Source: an uncultured Ectothiorhodospiraceae bacterium (GTDB lineage Bacteria > Bacteroidota > Ignavibacteria > SZUA-365 > GCA-2699105). From it: 64,000 nucleotides of DNA. Shown in pieces: positions 30,052-40,244 of the stretch. Within the stretch, counting starts at the first letter, position 1. The number at the start of each line of letters is the position of its first letter. The stretch lies in contig CAYPBB010000004.1 of assembly GCA_964408855.1 (NCBI GenBank), forward strand, positions 51,764-115,763. Direction: 5' to 3'. The notes beneath the pieces were generated by a model. That model saw nothing but the letters and a program-made list of their open reading frames with translations. It searched no databases and was not told the origin of the DNA. The translations under genes were made by a program, and so were the position numbers.

Positions 30052-31374
30052 ATGGAACACATGGAAGACAAGAATACCAGACCTCGAACAATTGCGCTGC
30101 ACACGCTGGGATGCAAACTCAACTATGCTGAGACATCGACACTTGGAAAGGCGTTCACCGGTAAGGGTTTCGAAATCGTGGATTTCAAGGAAAGCAGCGA
30201 TGTTGTCCTCATTAACACCTGTTCCGTAACCGAAAACGCCGACAGGGAATGCAGGCAGATCGTCCGGAAGGCGCTGCGGCATTCGCCGGATGCGTATGTT
30301 ATCGTTACCGGTTGTTACGCACAGCTTCGACCGGAAGAAATCGCTTCCATCGAAGGGGTCGATCTCGTTCTCGGCGCGGAAGAAAAATTCCGCATCTTCG
30401 ACTATTTGAACGGATACTCGAAAGAAGGGTATCCGCGGATACACGTCGGCGATATTGCCGACGCCACAAGCTACAGTCCCGCGTTTACATCCGAAGTGAG
30501 CAGCCGTACGAGAGCATTTCTCAAGGTTCAGGACGGATGCGATTACAACTGCGCGTTCTGTACGATTCCGATGGCCCGCGGGGCCAGCAGGAGCGTGGGA
30601 ATCGAAGCAACGCTTGCGAACGCGCGCCAGGTACTTGATGCCGGGTATCGGGAAATTGTTCTTTCCGGAGTGAATGTAGGCGATTATGGGCGGAAGACCG
30701 GGACTTCGTTCACCGAGCTTGTACAGCGGCTTGTGGAATTACCAGGAGAATTCCGGATGCGGATCAGCTCCATCGAACCAAATCTGCTGACGGACGAGAT
30801 CATCGGCATCGCGGCATCGAACGCGAAACTGTGCAGGCATTTCCATATCCCGCTGCAATCGGGCAGCGCGGACGTGCTTCGCGGGATGCGGCGGCGCTAC
30901 ACCGTCGATCACTACCGCGAGCGTATCGAACGGATTCTACGCGATATCCCCGATTGCGCCATCGGCGCGGATGTTATCGTCGGATTTCCCGGAGAGACAG
31001 AACGCTGCTTCGAAGAAACCTCTATGTTTCTTTCCGAGCTTCCGGTCTCTTATCTGCATGTCTTTTCATATTCCGAGCGTCCAGAAACCCATGCGCTCAG
31101 CATTTCCGGTATCGTGCCTCATCAGGAACGAGCCAGGCGAAGCAAAATGCTTCGTACCCTCTCCGATACAAAGCGGCGGCATTTTTACGAGTCGCATACC
31201 GGCAGGAACGCTGTTGTTTTGCTTGAAGGGAAGATCGAAAACGGGGTGCAATTCGGATTCACGAGCCAGTATGTCAAGGTAGGTGTTCCGCCCGCTCCGG
31301 ACCGCGAAAACACGTTCACGGAGGTTATCCTCACTGAAGTGTGCGATGGTTATGTCTCGGGAATGCTTTCCTGA
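30052..31374 (+). CDS. mtaB: radical-SAM methylthiotransferase, MtaB-like (MiaB/RimO family)
   Basis: N-terminal MTTase domain (HTLGCKLNYAETS). Radical SAM CxxxCxxC (CAFCTIP). C-terminal TRAM-like region. Lacks the MiaB-specific N-terminal pattern, so MtaB is preferred. Confidence 0.75.
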   Translation: MEHMEDKNTRPRTIALHTLGCKLNYAETSTLGKAFTGKGFEIVDFKESSDVVLINTCSVTENADRECRQIVRKALRHSPDAYVIVTGCYAQLRPEEIASIEGVDLVLGAEEKFRIFDYLNGYSKEGYPRIHVGDIADATSYSPAFTSEVSSRTRAFLKVQDGCDYNCAFCTIPMARGASRSVGIEATLANARQVLDAGYREIVLSGVNVGDYGRKTGTSFTELVQRLVELPGEFRMRISSIEPNLLTDEIIGIAASNAKLCRHFHIPLQSGSADVLRGMRRRYTVDHYRERIERILRDIPDCAIGADVIVGFPGETERCFEETSMFLSELPVSYLHVFSYSERPETHALSISGIVPHQERARRSKMLRTLSDTKRRHFYESHTGRNAVVLLEGKIENGVQFGFTSQYVKVGVPPAPDRENTFTEVILTEVCDGYVSGMLS

Positions 31375-31484
31375 TGCGTCTTGTGCTACATATTGTGAAT
31401 GTTGCCGGCTCGCAATATTCTTCTCCGCATTTCTTACATTAACACACCGTTATTGTCGCATCGTCACTTTTTACGGATAGCGCG

Positions 31485-33671
31485 TTGCTGAAACGTCTTC
31501 GTATCAAGACAAAACTGCAGTTGGCATTTCTGGTATTCGGGTTGTTTATCGTTGTTGCAACCGGATGGCAGGCATATACCAGCGGCCGAAGTGCGTTGGA
31601 GGAATTAAGCTTCCACCGGCTGACCTCGTTGCGGGAATCGAAGAAAAGCCAGATCGAGTTTTATTTCGACCAGTTGCACGACCAGGCGGCGACAATTTCC
31701 GAAAATCTGACGGTTCAACGAATCTATCCGGCGCTCAGGCGCGATTTCTTTGCGTTAAAACAGAAGTACGCATCATCGGGAAGCATCGGCGACGTTCCGA
31801 TTTTGCGGCAATATTATAAACAGACCGATTTTGGATCTTTGTTATCGAACGGCAACGCAACCTGGAAAATGCTCGCGTCCGACCCCTCCATCGCAGCATT
31901 GCAGCGCAGGCGGTTTATCCCGGCGGCCGGTACGGAATTCGAAGAACAGGGCGTAACTTCGCTACGCGTCCCTCCGATCCAGACCGAGGCGTACGAAGCG
32001 GCTGATGCACTAATGGACGAATATGCGCAGAGGTTCGGGTACTCGAACATCATGCTCGTCGATACGGAGACAGGGTTCATCATCTACACGCTCCATCCCA
32101 ATCCTGTGTTCGCAGCGTCGTTGTTATCGCCGCCGTTTTCGTCCACGCGGCTGGCGGCCGCATTTACCTATGCGCGCGATTCGCTCCATGCACCGTATTC
32201 AGGATTGACGGATTTTTCCTATAGTATCATGTCCCCTAAACGGCCCGTGGCATATATTGCCTCGCCGCTGAGCGGCAACGGAAACGCCGGTGTTTTGATA
32301 CTGGAGATCGGAACGGGTGAAGCGGATAAAATCATGACCGGCAGCCTCGATTGGGAACGGCAGGGATTGGGGAAGTCCGGCGAATCGTACATTGTCGGCA
32401 GCGACTTGCTCATGCGGTCCGATTCGCGGTTTCTACTCGCGAATCCAAAACTGTACCGGAATTACCTCAAAGAGACGGGCGTTTCCGCCGATACCATTCG
32501 ACTGATCGATTCGCTGAAAACGACGATCCTTTTACAGCCGGTACAAACATCCGCCGCGACGCGGGCGCTCGGAGGGCAGACAAACACAACCATTCTTGAC
32601 GATTACCGGGGCGAAAAGGTGCTCAGCTCATACTCTCCGCTGCATATCCGGGGAGTCGATTGGGTGATCATCGCTGAAATCGATACAAAAGAAGCATTCG
32701 CTTCGGTGTATGCTCTTCAGGAAAACCTCATACTTTTCGCCTTCATCATTCTGCTGATCGCGGCAGTCGCTGGATATGTAATCTCGAAAACAATCTCGAA
32801 TCCCATCTCGTTGCTGGCGTCGGCAACCGAGCATATCGGGAAGGGCAATCTTGCCTGGCGCGTGCAAACGGAGTCGTACGACGAAATAGGCGATCTTGCC
32901 CGCACCTTCAACGTCATGGCTGATAATCTGAAGCGGATGACCGATGCCCTCCAGAACGAGGTTGCCGAACGCATGAAGGCAGAATCGAACCTGCAGGAAA
33001 GCCATGAACGGCTGCGGAGCCTTTCAGCCCATCTGCAGACGATAACCGAGGAGGAGCGCAAGGCGCTTGCGCGGGAAATCCACGACGAGCTTGGTCAGGC
33101 ATTGACGGCCCTGAAGATGGAAACCGGTATGCTCGAAAAGCGTCTGGGCGATTCCGGCGCAGGGATGAAGGAACGGCTGGCGCAAATGAACGGACTCATC
33201 GGCGATACGATACAGACGGTGAAACGGCTCACCGCCGAGTTGCGGCCCGGTATACTCGACGATCTCGGCCTTTCCGCGGCAGTCGAATGGCAGGCCGAGG
33301 AATTTATGAAACATACAGGCATTCAATGTACTGTCGTGTGCTCGCCGCAGGAGATCATCGTCGCACAGGATGTCTCGATTGTCGCCTTCAGGTTGTTTCA
33401 GGAGACGTTGACGAACGTGGCGCGTCATGCTGAGGCGCAATCGGTGCATGCCTCGCTCGAAGAAGAGGAAGGACTGCTGCAGCTCATCGTTGCCGACGAC
33501 GGGATCGGTATCTCATCTGAAAGTATCGAACAGCCGGCGTCGTTCGGAATACTCGGTATGCGCGAACGCGTGCTGGCTATTGGAGGGACGCTGGAGATAT
33601 CCGGCGAAACGGGAAAGGGGACGACAGTGAAAGCAATTTTGCCAATCAATGCAAGGATTACCGAATCATGA
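31485..33671 (+). CDS. sensor histidine kinase (periplasmic sensor domain, HAMP, HisKA_3-type dimerisation, HATPase)
   Basis: TTG start; the in-frame stop just upstream excludes an ATG. N-terminal TM. Roughly 380 aa periplasmic region. Second TM followed by HAMP. H-box REIHDELGQ typical of NarL-partner kinases. ATP-binding G-boxes at the C-terminus. Confidence 0.8.
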   Translation: MLKRLRIKTKLQLAFLVFGLFIVVATGWQAYTSGRSALEELSFHRLTSLRESKKSQIEFYFDQLHDQAATISENLTVQRIYPALRRDFFALKQKYASSGSIGDVPILRQYYKQTDFGSLLSNGNATWKMLASDPSIAALQRRRFIPAAGTEFEEQGVTSLRVPPIQTEAYEAADALMDEYAQRFGYSNIMLVDTETGFIIYTLHPNPVFAASLLSPPFSSTRLAAAFTYARDSLHAPYSGLTDFSYSIMSPKRPVAYIASPLSGNGNAGVLILEIGTGEADKIMTGSLDWERQGLGKSGESYIVGSDLLMRSDSRFLLANPKLYRNYLKETGVSADTIRLIDSLKTTILLQPVQTSAATRALGGQTNTTILDDYRGEKVLSSYSPLHIRGVDWVIIAEIDTKEAFASVYALQENLILFAFIILLIAAVAGYVISKTISNPISLLASATEHIGKGNLAWRVQTESYDEIGDLARTFNVMADNLKRMTDALQNEVAERMKAESNLQESHERLRSLSAHLQTITEEERKALAREIHDELGQALTALKMETGMLEKRLGDSGAGMKERLAQMNGLIGDTIQTVKRLTAELRPGILDDLGLSAAVEWQAEEFMKHTGIQCTVVCSPQEIIVAQDVSIVAFRLFQETLTNVARHAEAQSVHASLEEEEGLLQLIVADDGIGISSESIEQPASFGILGMRERVLAIGGTLEISGETGKGTTVKAILPINARITES

Positions 33672-34300
33672 TCCGGATACTTATTGTCGATGATCATGCC
33701 GTTGTCAGACGGGGTCTCTCGCAGATCATCGAAGAGACGGTCGACATGCGCGTGGCCGATGAGGCGGTCGACTACTCGTCGGCGATCGAGAAGATTCAGA
33801 ACAACGAATACGACATCGTCCTGCTCGATATCTCGATGCCCGGCAGGAATGGATTCGACGTCCTGTCGCAGGTAAAGCAATTGAAAACCAGGCTCCCGAT
33901 ACTCGTTCTCAGCATGCATCCGGAGGAACAGTACGGGATCAGGGCAATGAAAGCAGGCGCGTCGGGGTACATCACGAAGGAAAGCGCCCCGGACGAGCTG
34001 ATTGCCGCGATCCGGAAAGTCGCCGCCGGTGGCAAGTACATCAGTCCCACGCTCACGGAAAAGGTGCTCAGCGATATTGCGTTGATGGACGAGCGTCCGC
34101 CGCATGAACGACTTTCGAACCGCGAGATGCAGGTGCTCTGTATGATTGCAGCGGGAAAACGGGTAAAACAGATTGCCGAGGACCTCAGTCTCAGCGAGAA
34201 AACCGTGAGCACATACCGAACGCGCATTCTTGAGAAAATGAATATCGCATCGAATTCGGAACTGACGCGCTACGCTATCGATAACCATCTCATCGAGTAA
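33668..34300 (+). CDS. response regulator, NarL/FixJ (LuxR-type HTH) family
   Basis: REC domain (ILIVDDH..., LLDISMPG, conserved K) plus C-terminal LuxR HTH (LSNREMQVLCMIAAGKRVKQIAEDLSLSEKTVSTYR). Start overlaps the kinase stop (ATGA). Confidence 0.85.
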   Translation: MIRILIVDDHAVVRRGLSQIIEETVDMRVADEAVDYSSAIEKIQNNEYDIVLLDISMPGRNGFDVLSQVKQLKTRLPILVLSMHPEEQYGIRAMKAGASGYITKESAPDELIAAIRKVAAGGKYISPTLTEKVLSDIALMDERPPHERLSNREMQVLCMIAAGKRVKQIAEDLSLSEKTVSTYRTRILEKMNIASNSELTRYAIDNHLIE

Positions 34301-34449
34301 CATCTCGACGAGGATGTAGGGATAATACGGACACAGAGATCGGACAAGTGCGAATTACTCAGGATCGGATGAGTTAGTATGTTTCGTGCGCTAACCGCCC
34401 GGCGCGGTTGCTTACGTTCTATCCATGCACTTTGTATCCGGAGATGCAC

Positions 34450-35664
34450 ATGTTCGATACTGGCAATACTGCTTTTATGTTGCTGGCGACAAGCCTGGTA
34501 ATGTTGATGACGCCCGGACTGGCGTTTTTCTATGGCGGTCTGGTGGGCAGAAAAAATGTTCTGACTATCATGATCCAGAGTTTTGTTTCGATGGGAATTA
34601 CCACGGTCATATGGTATGCCGTCGGCTACTCGCTTTGTTTCAGCGGCGACGTAGGCGGCATTATAGGGAATCTCGATAACGCATTCATGAACGGCATCAA
34701 TCCGACCGACGCATTCATCGGCGTGGAGACGTTGCCGTTATATGTTTTCGTCGCGTACCAGATGATGTTCGCGATTATCACTCCGGCTCTCATTACCGGC
34801 GCATTCACGAACCGCGTGAAGTTTCCGGCGTATCTGCTCTTCCTCATCGTGTGGCTTTTGTTCGTGTATTTCCCGATGGTGCATATGGTGTGGGGCGGCG
34901 GTATTCTGCAGCAATGGGGCGTCATGGATTTCGCGGGCGGTATCGTTGTTCATGCAATAGCCGGTATGGCGGCGCTGGCGTCGGTGTTCTATGTCGGCAA
35001 GCGCCGCACGAAGGATTCGGGACCCCATAGTATTCCGCTGGTTGCGCTCGGCACGGGGTTGCTTTGGTTCGGATGGTACGGATTCAATGCCGGATCGGAA
35101 CTGCAGGTCGATAGCGTGACCGCGCTGGCATTTCTCAACACGGACGTAGCTGCTTCGTTCGCGGCCATGGCCTGGCTGGTTCTGGAATGGTCGATCGCAA
35201 AAAAACCGAAATTCGTCGGTTTGTTGACGGGGGCGGTTGCCGGTCTGGCTACCATTACGCCCGCAGCAGGTTTCGTCACCACCTCGAGCGCGGCGATCAT
35301 TGGTATTGCCGCCGGCATCATTTGCTATTTCGCGGTATCCCTGAAAAATAAACTGCAATGGGACGATGCGCTGGACGTCTGGGGCGTTCACGGCGTCGGC
35401 GGTACGATCGGCGTGATTTTCCTGGGTATTTTTGCCAATACCGCCGTCAATCCCAAAGGCGTGGATGGATTACTGCTCGGAAATTCGAATTTCTTCTTTA
35501 TCGAGCTTATTGCCGTTATCGCAGCGAGCATATATGCATTCGTGTTCACCTATTTCATGTTGATCCTGATCAATAAAATAACGCCCGTCCGGGTTACCGA
35601 TACCGAGGAAACAAGCGGTCTCGATCAATCGCTCCACGGAGAAGAAGCGTATCTTGAAGCATAA
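34450..35664 (+). CDS. amt: ammonium transporter (Amt family)
   Basis: 11-TM protein with Amt signature segments (DFAGG.VVH..AG, GTG.LWFGWYGFN). GGAG 6 nt before ATG 34450. ORF-track start 34408 is in the same frame and is an alternative. Confidence 0.85.
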   Translation: MFDTGNTAFMLLATSLVMLMTPGLAFFYGGLVGRKNVLTIMIQSFVSMGITTVIWYAVGYSLCFSGDVGGIIGNLDNAFMNGINPTDAFIGVETLPLYVFVAYQMMFAIITPALITGAFTNRVKFPAYLLFLIVWLLFVYFPMVHMVWGGGILQQWGVMDFAGGIVVHAIAGMAALASVFYVGKRRTKDSGPHSIPLVALGTGLLWFGWYGFNAGSELQVDSVTALAFLNTDVAASFAAMAWLVLEWSIAKKPKFVGLLTGAVAGLATITPAAGFVTTSSAAIIGIAAGIICYFAVSLKNKLQWDDALDVWGVHGVGGTIGVIFLGIFANTAVNPKGVDGLLLGNSNFFFIELIAVIAASIYAFVFTYFMLILINKITPVRVTDTEETSGLDQSLHGEEAYLEA

Positions 35665-35677
35665 CACAAGAGGCACT

Positions 35678-36799
35678 ATGCAACGTACAATACTCGTCAC
35701 TGCACTTATCATCGTTTCCGTTTTCTGCGCACAAGCGCAGGAAAAGCACTGGACCGATAGTTTTATCCTGAAGGGGTTCGCATCCTCTTCATACGGATAC
35801 AATTTCAATAATCCCGGCGACGGTCAGATTCCGTTCCGCGTGTTCGACAAAAAAAGCAATACATTCATGATCGATGTGTTCGAACTCAGTCTGATCAAGG
35901 ACGCGGCAGAAAAGGGAACAGCCGGTATGAGAATTGACTTCGTCGCCGGCGGATCGATCCCCGGAGCCATTCATTCTGCAGGAATGTTCGCAGGGCAGGA
36001 TGTGGATTTAAAGCAGGCGTACGTTTCCTACGTCCTCCCCCTGGGTAGCGGCCTGAAAGTGGATTTCGGGAAATTCGTCACGCATCTCGGATATGAATTG
36101 ATCGACGGCAACGATGGATACAACGACAATGCAACCCGATCGTTTACTTTCGGATATACAATTCCGTTCACCCATACCGGGCTGCGCGCATCGTACCGGT
36201 TCAGCGGCCGCGTTTCTGCAATGCTGATGGCGGTCAACGGCTGGGATAACGTCGTCGATAATAATAAATCGAAATCCATCGGCGCACAGGTGGCAGTCAC
36301 ACCGGTAGATCCGCTTTCGCTCTATGCAAACATGATCTACGGACCGGAAGCTTCGGGGAACAACAGCGATAACACAATGGTGATGAATTTCCTGGGCGCT
36401 TATACGATCGGGAAAGCGAAAATCGGAGCCGATTTTGTTTACGGATCGCTTGACAACGGCGCCGTCAATGCTGAAACCAACGAAGCGGAAGCGGCCGCCT
36501 GGATGGGTATTGCTGGATATCTGCGCTATTCGGTCGCCGACTGGTTTGCGATTTCATTCCGCGGCGAACAACTCAGCGACGACGACGGCATAAGAACAGC
36601 GTACGGAAAAGAACTCAAGCTGACCAGTCTGACGCTCACTCCGGAATTCCGCGCAGCGGACAACTTCGTTTTCCGGATGGATTTCCGGATGGATTCGGCG
36701 AACGAGAAAGTATTCGCTCAAGAACATGACGCCGAGGAAGACGCGTTCACCGATTCACAGACATCGGTCACCTTGAATGCCTTGTATATTCTGCCCTAG
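35678..36799 (+). CDS. putative outer-membrane beta-barrel porin
   Basis: Signal peptide MQRTILVTALIIVSVFCAQAQ. Alternating amphipathic beta-strand pattern. Aromatic-rich. RBS AAGAGG. Position immediately downstream of amt. Confidence 0.5.
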   Translation: MQRTILVTALIIVSVFCAQAQEKHWTDSFILKGFASSSYGYNFNNPGDGQIPFRVFDKKSNTFMIDVFELSLIKDAAEKGTAGMRIDFVAGGSIPGAIHSAGMFAGQDVDLKQAYVSYVLPLGSGLKVDFGKFVTHLGYELIDGNDGYNDNATRSFTFGYTIPFTHTGLRASYRFSGRVSAMLMAVNGWDNVVDNNKSKSIGAQVAVTPVDPLSLYANMIYGPEASGNNSDNTMVMNFLGAYTIGKAKIGADFVYGSLDNGAVNAETNEAEAAAWMGIAGYLRYSVADWFAISFRGEQLSDDDGIRTAYGKELKLTSLTLTPEFRAADNFVFRMDFRMDSANEKVFAQEHDAEEDAFTDSQTSVTLNALYILP

Positions 36800-36846
36800 A
36801 ATCGACGGAGCGGCAACTCTCGTACCCCGTCCGCTTACGGCAACGC

Positions 36847-36893
36847 ATCGCAACCCTGCGCAAGTTCAGGCGGGGTTGCGATGTTCTTGTTTC
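36847..36893 (+). terminator. putative terminator after porin gene
   Basis: Hairpin ATCGCAACCC-(15 nt loop)-GGGGTTGCGAT followed by a T-rich run. Confidence 0.45.
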
Positions 36894-36915
36894 GGGGCTC
36901 GCGAACGATACACGA

Positions 36916-37227
36916 TCAACGAGTATCGCCGGAATCCCATCCGTAGACATAAAGGTCTACAACACCCTTGTCGTTGAACCGTATGCCCTCCGCTTCGAGC
37001 AACATCCGTTGCGTTGCGTCGCCGGTTCCCTTGTTTCGCATACTGATGCGTCCCTTGCTGTTGATAACCCGGTGCCAGGGTATTGGGGCGCTTACCGGAA
37101 GCGCCGAAAGCGCGTATCCCGCCTGCCGAGCGGTGCACCCGGCGAGCGCCGCCACGGTTCCGTACGTAGCGACTTTCCCTTCGGGGATCTGTTCGACAAT
37201 TACATAGATATCGTCATAGGAGAACAT
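36916..37227 (-). CDS. alkyltransferase-like protein (ATL; MGMT DNA-binding domain with active-site Cys replaced by Trp)
   Basis: 103 aa. Helix-turn-helix of the O6-alkylguanine transferase fold. PWHRV in place of the catalytic PCHRV, the hallmark of ATL proteins (Atl1 / YbaZ-type). Confidence 0.7.
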   Translation of the reverse strand: MFSYDDIYVIVEQIPEGKVATYGTVAALAGCTARQAGYALSALPVSAPIPWHRVINSKGRISMRNKGTGDATQRMLLEAEGIRFNDKGVVDLYVYGWDSGDTR

Positions 37228-37374
37228 AGTTCAGAGCATTATTTACGAATGTCCGGTGCGATACTCCGGTATTGCAGTAATACCGGTAATATCGTAATTT
37301 TACCAGACGTGTGTAAACCTCAATTCTTGGATTGGGGCTTAATAGTTTTTCCTACTACTTCCTATTTCATTGAC

Positions 37375-38334
37375 ATGATCATCGGAAAAAAACTTGAAAT
37401 TTTCCTCGCCGTTGTCGACGCAGGAAGTTTTAGCGCTGCAACCAAACGTCTCGCCATCAGCCAGTCGGTCGTGAGTTTTCACATCGAAGCGCTGGAAAAT
37501 GAAATGGGACTGAAGTTTATAGAACGCAAAGGCAGGACAATCGAGCTGACTCCCGAAGGAGAGTTGCTCTATCAGAAAGGGAAACGTCTTCAACGGGAAG
37601 CGCATAAGCTTGAGGGACTTCTGGCGGAACAATCCGATCTCATCGCGCACCGGATCAGTTTCGCCGGCGATGCATTGACATGCGCATACACGCTGCCATG
37701 GAATGTCGCGGCGTTTCGCGAAGAGAATCCCTCGGTAGTCATCAGCTACGAGCACCTGCCGACCGACGAAGTATTGCAGAAACTCCTCAACGAGGAGATC
37801 GATCTTGCTCTGATGGGACATTCGGTCCGGCATAAAAAGCTGGAGATGAAGCGCTGTTACAGCGACGATATTATTCTCGTCGGTTGCGTCCGGAAAGCGC
37901 CGGACCAGATCAAGGTTTCCGATCTCCCGAATCTCCCTCTGTTATGGATCAACAGCGACAGGGGGCTCTCCATGCAGATATCGCATGAACTTGCCAATGC
38001 GGGAATGCCCATAAAGAATCTGAAGATTATCATGGAAGTGGAGAACTTCCCTATCATGAAGTCGTTCATTCGCGCCGGCGTTGCTTGCGCATTGCTGCCG
38101 AAGGTGGCGGTGGAAGACGAGCTACGATTCAACTTGTTGAAGAAGGTGGAGATCGTGGATCTCTCGTTGACACGGACCACCTATCTCGTTCATCGGAAGT
38201 CGAAAAACCAGAGGGAAATCGTAAGCCGGTTTCTGGAATTCTATCAGCACAACAGTTGGATGGATAGCAAGCGGCGTCTCGACTGCGCCAACCCCGAACA
38301 GCAGGTCGCGATAAAACTGTCGCCTGCTTCGTAG
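37375..38334 (+). CDS. LysR family transcriptional regulator
   Basis: N-terminal LysR HTH (LEIFLAVVDAGSFSAATKRLAISQSVVSFHIEALENEMG) and C-terminal substrate-binding domain. The ORF-track start 37009 would overlap the convergent ATL gene; internal ATG at 37375 is used. Confidence 0.8.
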   Translation: MIIGKKLEIFLAVVDAGSFSAATKRLAISQSVVSFHIEALENEMGLKFIERKGRTIELTPEGELLYQKGKRLQREAHKLEGLLAEQSDLIAHRISFAGDALTCAYTLPWNVAAFREENPSVVISYEHLPTDEVLQKLLNEEIDLALMGHSVRHKKLEMKRCYSDDIILVGCVRKAPDQIKVSDLPNLPLLWINSDRGLSMQISHELANAGMPIKNLKIIMEVENFPIMKSFIRAGVACALLPKVAVEDELRFNLLKKVEIVDLSLTRTTYLVHRKSKNQREIVSRFLEFYQHNSWMDSKRRLDCANPEQQVAIKLSPAS

Positions 38335-38499
38335 CCGGAAAATCGAATCTGCTTGGCGTGCGAACGCGGATTTCGTGCGCGCATTCCGAACGATGCCGGC
38401 TTCGCATATAAAAACACTCTCCGGCGGGACGCCGGATAACTTCTCCACCACCAATTAATAGCATCATCGGATATTGATGAGCTGAAACGGACTGAACAA

Positions 38500-40170
38500 A
38501 TGAATCGTCTCATCTATGTGATTATTCCTGTCGCGATCGCACTGACGGCGATTGCCTGCACCAAACAAGTGAAAGAAAACAACGAGGCTTCTGTGAAATC
38601 GACGCTCCCAATGCTTGAGGAACGAATCGAAGCGTTTGCCCCTGTTTCAATCAAGCCCGATCTATCCAGCCTGACGGGCAAGGAACGGCAGCTTGTGGAC
38701 AAGCTGGTTGAAGCGGGCAAACTCGCGGATGAAATCTTTTGGATTCAGACTGCACCCGATGCGATACCGATACGCGATTCCCTCCAAAAAGCGCAAGGCG
38801 ACGAGGCGAAAAACCTTCTCCGCTATGTGAACATCATGTACGGTCCATACGACAGGGTGTTAGACGGCGAGCGCTTTGTGGGAACCGGTCCGGCGAAACA
38901 ACCGCCGACCGCGAATTTTTATCCTCAGGATATGACGAAAGAGGAATTCGAAGCGTACATCGCGGCGCATCCCGATCAAAAAGCGTCACTCGAGGGACAG
39001 TACAGCATCGTCGTTCGAAACGGCGCGGAATTAACCGCAGTGCCGTATCATAAAGCGTATCCGCAGGTGGAAAAAATTGCCGACCTGCTCGATGAGGCTT
39101 CGGCATTGGCGGAGAATGCATCGTTGAAAAAATATCTGAAACTCCGCGCAAAGGCCCTTCGCACGGACGACTATTTCGAAAGCGATATTGCGTGGATGGA
39201 ACTGAAGAACAATAATGTCGATATTGTGATTGGTCCTATCGAAAACTATGAAGACGGATTATTCAATTACCGGACTGCCTATGAGTGCGCGGTGATGGTA
39301 AAAGACCTCGATGGTACCGCCGAATTGCAGAAATACCTGAGCCACATCGACGCGTTCGAACACGGACTTCCGCAGGCGCAAAAGTATATCAGAAAGTCGG
39401 CGGGGAAAGCCAACGTCCTCGAGGTTGTGAATATTGTGTATTTCGGCGGCGATTTTCAGGCGGGCGTGAAGACCATCGCAGCGTCGTTGCCGAACGATCC
39501 CCGCGTGCATGAATTGAAAGGCGGCAAAAAGCAGATGTACAAGAATCTGATGGAAGCGAAGTTCGAGAAGATCGTGAAACCGATAGCCAGGGAAATTCTC
39601 GATCCACAACTGCTTCCGTATGTCGACAAAAAGGCGTTTACGAATTTTGTGACGCTTCATGAAGTGTCGCACACTCTTGGACGGAGCTTTGTCTATGGCA
39701 AGGACGACTTGCCGGTGCGGAAAGCATTAAAAGAGCGATACTCGGCAATCGAAGAATGCAAGGCGGATGTTCTTGGATTATACAATAACGTGCATCTTCT
39801 GAAAGAAGGCGTGATCGATCAGGAGTATATGAAGAAGGCGATAACCACCTATGTTGTCGGATTATACAGGTCGTTGCGGTTCGGCGCCGAGGAGGCGCAC
39901 GGAAAAGCGAACCTGATTCAATTGAATTGGCTTCGTTCGTTGGGCGCCATCACGATAAAGGACGGGAAAATCCATATCCGGGAGACTGATGCGTTTATGT
40001 CGTTCCTTCAACCTCTCGCCACCGAAATCCTTACGCTTCAATCGGAAGGCGATTACAAACGCGCCGGTACGATCATGGAACAGTATGGTGTGATGAACGA
40101 CGAAATACAGAGCATTGTATCGCGGTTATCCGGAATTCCGCGCGACCTCGATACATCGTATCCTCTATAG
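38500..40170 (+). CDS. M49 (dipeptidyl-peptidase III)-like zinc metallopeptidase, lipoprotein
   Basis: Lipoprotein signal (ALTAIACTKQ). HEVSHTLG (HExxH-type) and downstream EECKAD match the two M49 zinc-binding motifs (HExxGH / EECRAE). Confidence 0.6.
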   Translation: MNRLIYVIIPVAIALTAIACTKQVKENNEASVKSTLPMLEERIEAFAPVSIKPDLSSLTGKERQLVDKLVEAGKLADEIFWIQTAPDAIPIRDSLQKAQGDEAKNLLRYVNIMYGPYDRVLDGERFVGTGPAKQPPTANFYPQDMTKEEFEAYIAAHPDQKASLEGQYSIVVRNGAELTAVPYHKAYPQVEKIADLLDEASALAENASLKKYLKLRAKALRTDDYFESDIAWMELKNNNVDIVIGPIENYEDGLFNYRTAYECAVMVKDLDGTAELQKYLSHIDAFEHGLPQAQKYIRKSAGKANVLEVVNIVYFGGDFQAGVKTIAASLPNDPRVHELKGGKKQMYKNLMEAKFEKIVKPIAREILDPQLLPYVDKKAFTNFVTLHEVSHTLGRSFVYGKDDLPVRKALKERYSAIEECKADVLGLYNNVHLLKEGVIDQEYMKKAITTYVVGLYRSLRFGAEEAHGKANLIQLNWLRSLGAITIKDGKIHIRETDAFMSFLQPLATEILTLQSEGDYKRAGTIMEQYGVMNDEIQSIVSRLSGIPRDLDTSYPL

Positions 40171-40208
40171 CCTCTCTGCTCCATAGCAGGAAAACGAAAA
40201 CGCCGTCC

Positions 40209-40232
40209 CAGGGGACGGCGTTATATATGTAT
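40209..40232. terminator. bidirectional terminator hairpin between convergent genes
   Basis: AACGCCGTCCC-agg-GGACGGCGTT perfect palindrome, flanked by an A-run upstream and TTATATAT downstream. Confidence 0.5.
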
Positions 40233-40244
40233 CAAGGTTCGATT

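Noticed and set aside
37009-37374. Upstream extension of the LysR ORF
   Set aside because: Would overlap the convergent ATL gene almost completely. The LysR HTH begins right after the internal ATG at 37375.
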